DNA from: a virus
Length of the DNA: 64,000 nt
IMG/VR virus record: IMGVR_UViG_3300045988_131726
Direction: 5' to 3' (one strand)
This document shows positions 61,425 to 64,000 of the stretch, in pieces. The number at the start of each line of letters is the position of its first letter. The stretch's first letter is position 1. The notes below the pieces were generated by a model, which worked only from the letters and a program-made list of their open reading frames with translations, was not told the DNA's origin and made no database searches. The position numbers and the translations under genes are program-made.

Positions 61425-61846
61425 CGCACAACTCCCCCTAATTTATCTGCAGACCTCTCTACAAAAAACTTGTAATAATCATAACGCTTATGATAACGAT
61501 CCTTAATCCTGCAAATAAGATTATGACATCCACTAAGCAATCCTACAGTGGGTAAATACAAGGGACCTAACCACTTACTTTGAATGCCATGACCACTCTC
61601 ATGTTTAATAGAATTCTTTAAACTAAGCCTGATATTCTTCTTATTCCAATCGTATCTATTATAGTCTATCAGTACATAATAACCTAAGGAAATCCCCCCA
61701 GGAAATTTATCGTAGATATACACCTCCTGATCCCTATACTCAAAGGTTTTTAATCGTGTCTTCTCATAAAAAGACAATAATATAGCCCCTAATAAACTCT
61801 GCGGAAACTCCCAGGTCCATCTCCTAATCTTTACTAATGTATTCAT
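61421..61846 (-). CDS. membrane protein with HExxH motif (141 aa)
   Basis: N-terminal TM (FPQSLLGAILLSFY) and HESGH. Confidence 0.45.
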   Translation of the reverse strand: MNTLVKIRRWTWEFPQSLLGAILLSFYEKTRLKTFEYRDQEVYIYDKFPGGISLGYYVLIDYNRYDWNKKNIRLSLKNSIKHESGHGIQSKWLGPLYLPTVGLLSGCHNLICRIKDRYHKRYDYYKFFVERSADKLGGVVR

Positions 61847-62067
61847 CGTCTCTTACGTTTATGCCACTTACTCGGCTTTACTAAAATTCTATAATCTGTA
61901 GATATTTCTACTAACTTGCCATCCTCATAGGTTAACCGTAAATCTAAAAGATCTTTGGGCTTCTTGATCCTTAGGTAATCTAAAGATAGATCGTAATCCT
62001 CAACCCTTATTTCTCCTACTTGTGCATTCCTTCTTCGCATAATGCATGCCTTCTTTAACATACTCAA
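61843..62067 (-). CDS. hypothetical protein (74 aa)
   Basis: Small basic ORF tiled in the operon. Confidence 0.4.
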   Translation of the reverse strand: MSMLKKACIMRRRNAQVGEIRVEDYDLSLDYLRIKKPKDLLDLRLTYEDGKLVEISTDYRILVKPSKWHKRKRR

Positions 62068-62182
62068 AAAACTTATTTAAAGTCTCCTCACTTAAAGGAT
62101 ACTCCTTAGGACTCTCATTAGGGTGGTCCCGTAAAAACTCTTCAAAATCTTCTAGTGTTAAAACCTTCTTACGATCGCTCAT
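62000..62182 (-). CDS. hypothetical protein (60 aa)
   Basis: Small ORF. It overlaps the downstream ORF by 68 nt, so one of the two may be mis-started. Confidence 0.35.
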   Translation of the reverse strand: MSDRKKVLTLEDFEEFLRDHPNESPKEYPLSEETLNKFFEYVKEGMHYAKKECTSRRNKG

Positions 62183-62360
62183 AACTTAGTAAATCATTAA
62201 TTCTTGCTACTTCATGAATTACCTCCCCTAAATGCTCGGCAATGCTATCATAAAAGTAAAATTCTCCATTCGTAGTACTGTGACTACTTAACTCCCTGGC
62301 TCTAGATTGCTCCCTCCTTAGAGTATCTATCACCTTCTCTAAATTATTCCTCTTGCCCAT
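62169..62360 (-). CDS. hypothetical protein (63 aa), first gene of the minus-strand block
   Basis: ATG 20 nt downstream of the conserved promoter. Confidence 0.45.
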   Translation of the reverse strand: MGKRNNLEKVIDTLRREQSRARELSSHSTTNGEFYFYDSIAEHLGEVIHEVARINDLLSYERS

Positions 62361-62380
62361 ATAGTGAATTTAAAACTTTT

Positions 62381-62412
62381 GCAATATACAAAAAATTTCC
62401 CATATTTCCAAA
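62381..62412 (-). promoter_or_regulatory. Bacteroidota-type promoter (conserved 40-nt family) at the head of the minus-strand block
   Basis: The minus strand reads TTTGGAAATATGGGAAATTTTTTGTATATTGCAA. The -7 box TATATTGC is at 62388..62381 and the -33 TTTGG is at 62412..62408, 19 nt apart. Confidence 0.7.
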
Positions 62413-62438
62413 TTTTTTAAAATAAAAATTTTTTCTAC

Positions 62439-62469
62439 AATAAATTTTTTTCCGGAAAGAATATGTTTG
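62439..62469 (+). promoter_or_regulatory. candidate plus-strand Bacteroidota-type promoter (divergent from the 62381 promoter)
   Basis: Perfect -7 box TATGTTTG at 62462..62469. Only a T-rich weak -33 lies about 20 nt upstream. Confidence 0.4.
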
Positions 62470-62475
62470 AGGGCG

Positions 62476-62684
62476 ACATATTCCCCACTAAGCCCCCCTC
62501 CCCTCGAACTTTTGGGGCTCTCCCCCCGTCAGGTTTCTAAGGAGTGTTAAAGCCGGCGACCCGGCCAGCCTTCGGAGGACCGAACAGTCAGTGCTTATTG
62601 CACCGTAGTTACGGAAACCTCTTGGCCTAATCGTAGCCTCGCCAACACAAAGTAGGTTACAACGTATCATAAACATATCAAGTT
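62476..62684 (+). other. GC-rich, hairpin-dense 5' leader (about 210 nt) of the 150-aa gene
   Basis: Local GC is far above the window background. Readable stems: gaatatgt/acatattc, cccc/gggg, gccgg-cgac-ccggc and ccgt-agtt-acgg. There is no credible ORF on either strand. Confidence 0.45.
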
Positions 62685-63137
62685 ATGGCAAAAGCTGATA
62701 TTCTTGGCAAGCTGTATGCAGTGAATCTCCGGAAGGACGAGACAGATCTGGACATCGTGATCTCTCGTATCGAGCCGGTCTTCAAGTCCACCGCAAAACT
62801 CGATGCCAATGGTGATCCCACAGGTGATCGGGAGTTTGTACGTGACGAACAAGGCAATCCCGTTGAGGATCCTCGCCGTCGTCGTATCTTCTTCAAGGTT
62901 GAAGGTGATGACACTCCTCGCAGTCAGTTTGTGTTCACCAACACGTTCACCGACGGTAAGGTTCCGACCATCACGGACTACAAGAAGGGCCTGAATGCCC
63001 GCATGACAGTCTGGACGGATGACGAGGATCGCATCCAGGTCTCGATGGTTGCCTACAACCCTGGCGATGCTGTCGTAGTCGCCACCAGCACTCTCGAAGC
63101 ACTGAATTCGGGAAAGGTCAACTTCGCTCTGAAGTAG
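62685..63137 (+). CDS. hypothetical protein (150 aa) with atypically GC-rich codon usage
   Basis: ATG ORF followed by a strong terminator. The codon style resembles the MCP exons. No motif recognised. Confidence 0.6.
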   Translation: MAKADILGKLYAVNLRKDETDLDIVISRIEPVFKSTAKLDANGDPTGDREFVRDEQGNPVEDPRRRRIFFKVEGDDTPRSQFVFTNTFTDGKVPTITDYKKGLNARMTVWTDDEDRIQVSMVAYNPGDAVVVATSTLEALNSGKVNFALK

Positions 63138-63147
63138 ACCACTTCTA

Positions 63148-63188
63148 TCTCCTCACACTCATCCCTTGGGTGTGGGGAGATATTTTTA
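63148..63188 (+). terminator. intrinsic terminator
   Basis: 11-bp stem tctcctcacac / gtgtggggaga (one G.U) with an 11-nt loop, followed by tattttta. It starts 11 nt after the stop at 63137. Confidence 0.7.
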
Positions 63189-63214
63189 TGAATCTCTCCA
63201 AGTATGCATTACCG

Positions 63215-63326
63215 TAATTCAAGTTTCCCATCATAATGGATAACTCCTGATAATTCAAGTTTCCTATCATAATGGACAATACTTGTAATAAATGTGTACT
63301 TACGATGGGAAATTAATTTCCTATCA
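63215..63326. repeat. iteron-like array: two 26-nt direct repeats plus a 22-nt palindrome built on the core TTTCC(C/T)ATC
   Basis: taattcaagtttcccatcataatgga (63215..63240) and taattcaagtttcctatcataatgga (63251..63276) differ by 1 mismatch, with a 36-nt period. The palindrome gatgggaaatt|aatttcctatc is at 63304..63325. Confidence 0.8.
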
Positions 63327-63524
63327 GATGATTTATAGTTAGTTCCCTCGTGCGTACGACCGCAGATCTAGTTATCTAATTATTTACCAGATAGTAGTAG
63401 TAGTCTGGTTAATATTATATACGCGAGGGATTTTACTACTTTTCACACTTCACATGGCATAGATAAATTTATTTACCATCCTAATTTCACAAGGTGCAAG
63501 CATCACCTTATCCACTCTTTGAGT

Positions 63525-63794
63525 ATGGCTCTCTACAAGGCTGGTATTACAGCTGGTAGTTATTACCCTCATCCTTCTGGTCAGGGCAATCTTCATGTTG
63601 TAGCCGCAGACTCCAATGGAGTCATACGAGCTGTAATAGTTTCCAAGCTTGGAGTACATGGCAAAGCCTCTATTCCTGAAAGCTATCTCAACCTAGGTCC
63701 TCATGTTAAGGCTTATGCTATTACATCATTTGAAGATGTTCCTACTCTAGTGGAGGAGATTGCTCAAATCATTAAGCAAGGAGAGGAGAATTAG
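63525..63794 (+). CDS. hypothetical protein (89 aa)
   Basis: The track ORF starts at TTG 63519. The first ATG is at 63525 (MALYKAGITAG...). Confidence 0.45.
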   Translation: MALYKAGITAGSYYPHPSGQGNLHVVAADSNGVIRAVIVSKLGVHGKASIPESYLNLGPHVKAYAITSFEDVPTLVEEIAQIIKQGEEN

Positions 63795-64000
63795 TCTCCT
63801 TTCCTTCATTAATGAATGAAATGTATACAGTGGAGTGAGGTATTATCCCCAAATACCCCATATTTCGCATTTTAAGGTACTTTTTACGGCCTCAAAATAT
63901 ATTTTGGAGTAACTGTCCATTCGGAATATTTCAGTCAAAATTTCATACCTTAGAATCATTTTCGTATTAATCTTATGTAAAACTATGTGTTAATAGCTGA

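Noticed and set aside
62488-62994. Minus-strand ORFs 62488..62676, 62667..62852 and 62678..62914, and plus-strand ORF 62803..62994, in the GC-rich island
   Set aside because: They overlap the leader or the 150-aa plus-strand gene. Open frames are expected by chance in GC-rich sequence. The 62685..63137 frame has the ATG, the terminator and the best protein-like composition.
63215-63276. The 26-nt direct repeats as a CRISPR array
   Set aside because: There are only two copies with a 10-nt spacer, plus an inverted copy of the core. This geometry fits protein-binding iterons, not CRISPR.
1-64000. Stop-codon recoding (TAG or TGA reassignment), as reported for some crAss-like lineages
   Set aside because: Under the standard code the minus-strand block is tiled almost gap-free by long ORFs (up to 2974 codons). 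The only apparent in-frame interruptions are explained by introns, and the single tRNA is not a recognisable suppressor.
1-64000. Lysogeny or integration functions (integrase, repressor, att sites)
   Set aside because: No tyrosine or serine recombinase-like ORF or repressor-like module was recognised. The window content is that of a virulent-type late block.

Overview
The window looks like the late/virion gene block of a crAss-like (Crassvirales-type) podophage of a Bacteroidota host. That assignment is inferred from gene content, gene order and promoter type; no database search was run. About 60 kb (1965..62360) is one tightly packed minus-strand block. It is flanked by short plus-strand gene sets at 1..1905 and 62685..63794.

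Recognisable genes:
- Packaging and capsid: TerL, portal, an acidic scaffold-like protein and the major capsid protein (MCP).
- Tail and fibres: two fibres with a shared N-terminal anchor (one collagen-like) and a 2116-aa tail protein.
- Lysis and cell wall: a lysis-like cassette and a zincin plus tail-lysozyme protein.
- Chaperones and accessory: a GroEL/GroES-like pair, a Dps-like protein, an HU/IHF-like protein, a DnaQ-like exonuclease and a GMP-reductase-like gene.
- RNA: one tRNA.
- Transcription: a giant RNA polymerase.

Main result: two essential late genes appear to be interrupted by self-splicing introns that the ORF track hides.
- The RNA polymerase is split inside its catalytic DxDxD motif by a 913-nt group I intron carrying a LAGLIDADG endonuclease. 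The joined product is about 3768 aa.
- The MCP is in three exons. The 149-nt third exon is not called as an ORF at all. One MCP intron is an ORF-less paralog of the polymerase intron.
- For both of these introns, P1 and P10 pairings can be read directly and give in-frame junctions.

Other items: a conserved family of Bacteroidota-type promoters with fixed spacing, several intrinsic terminators, a GC-rich island with a structured leader, an iteron/palindrome array, a C9 tract in a fibre gene and a tRNA with an odd anticodon loop. All functional calls rest on motifs read by eye.
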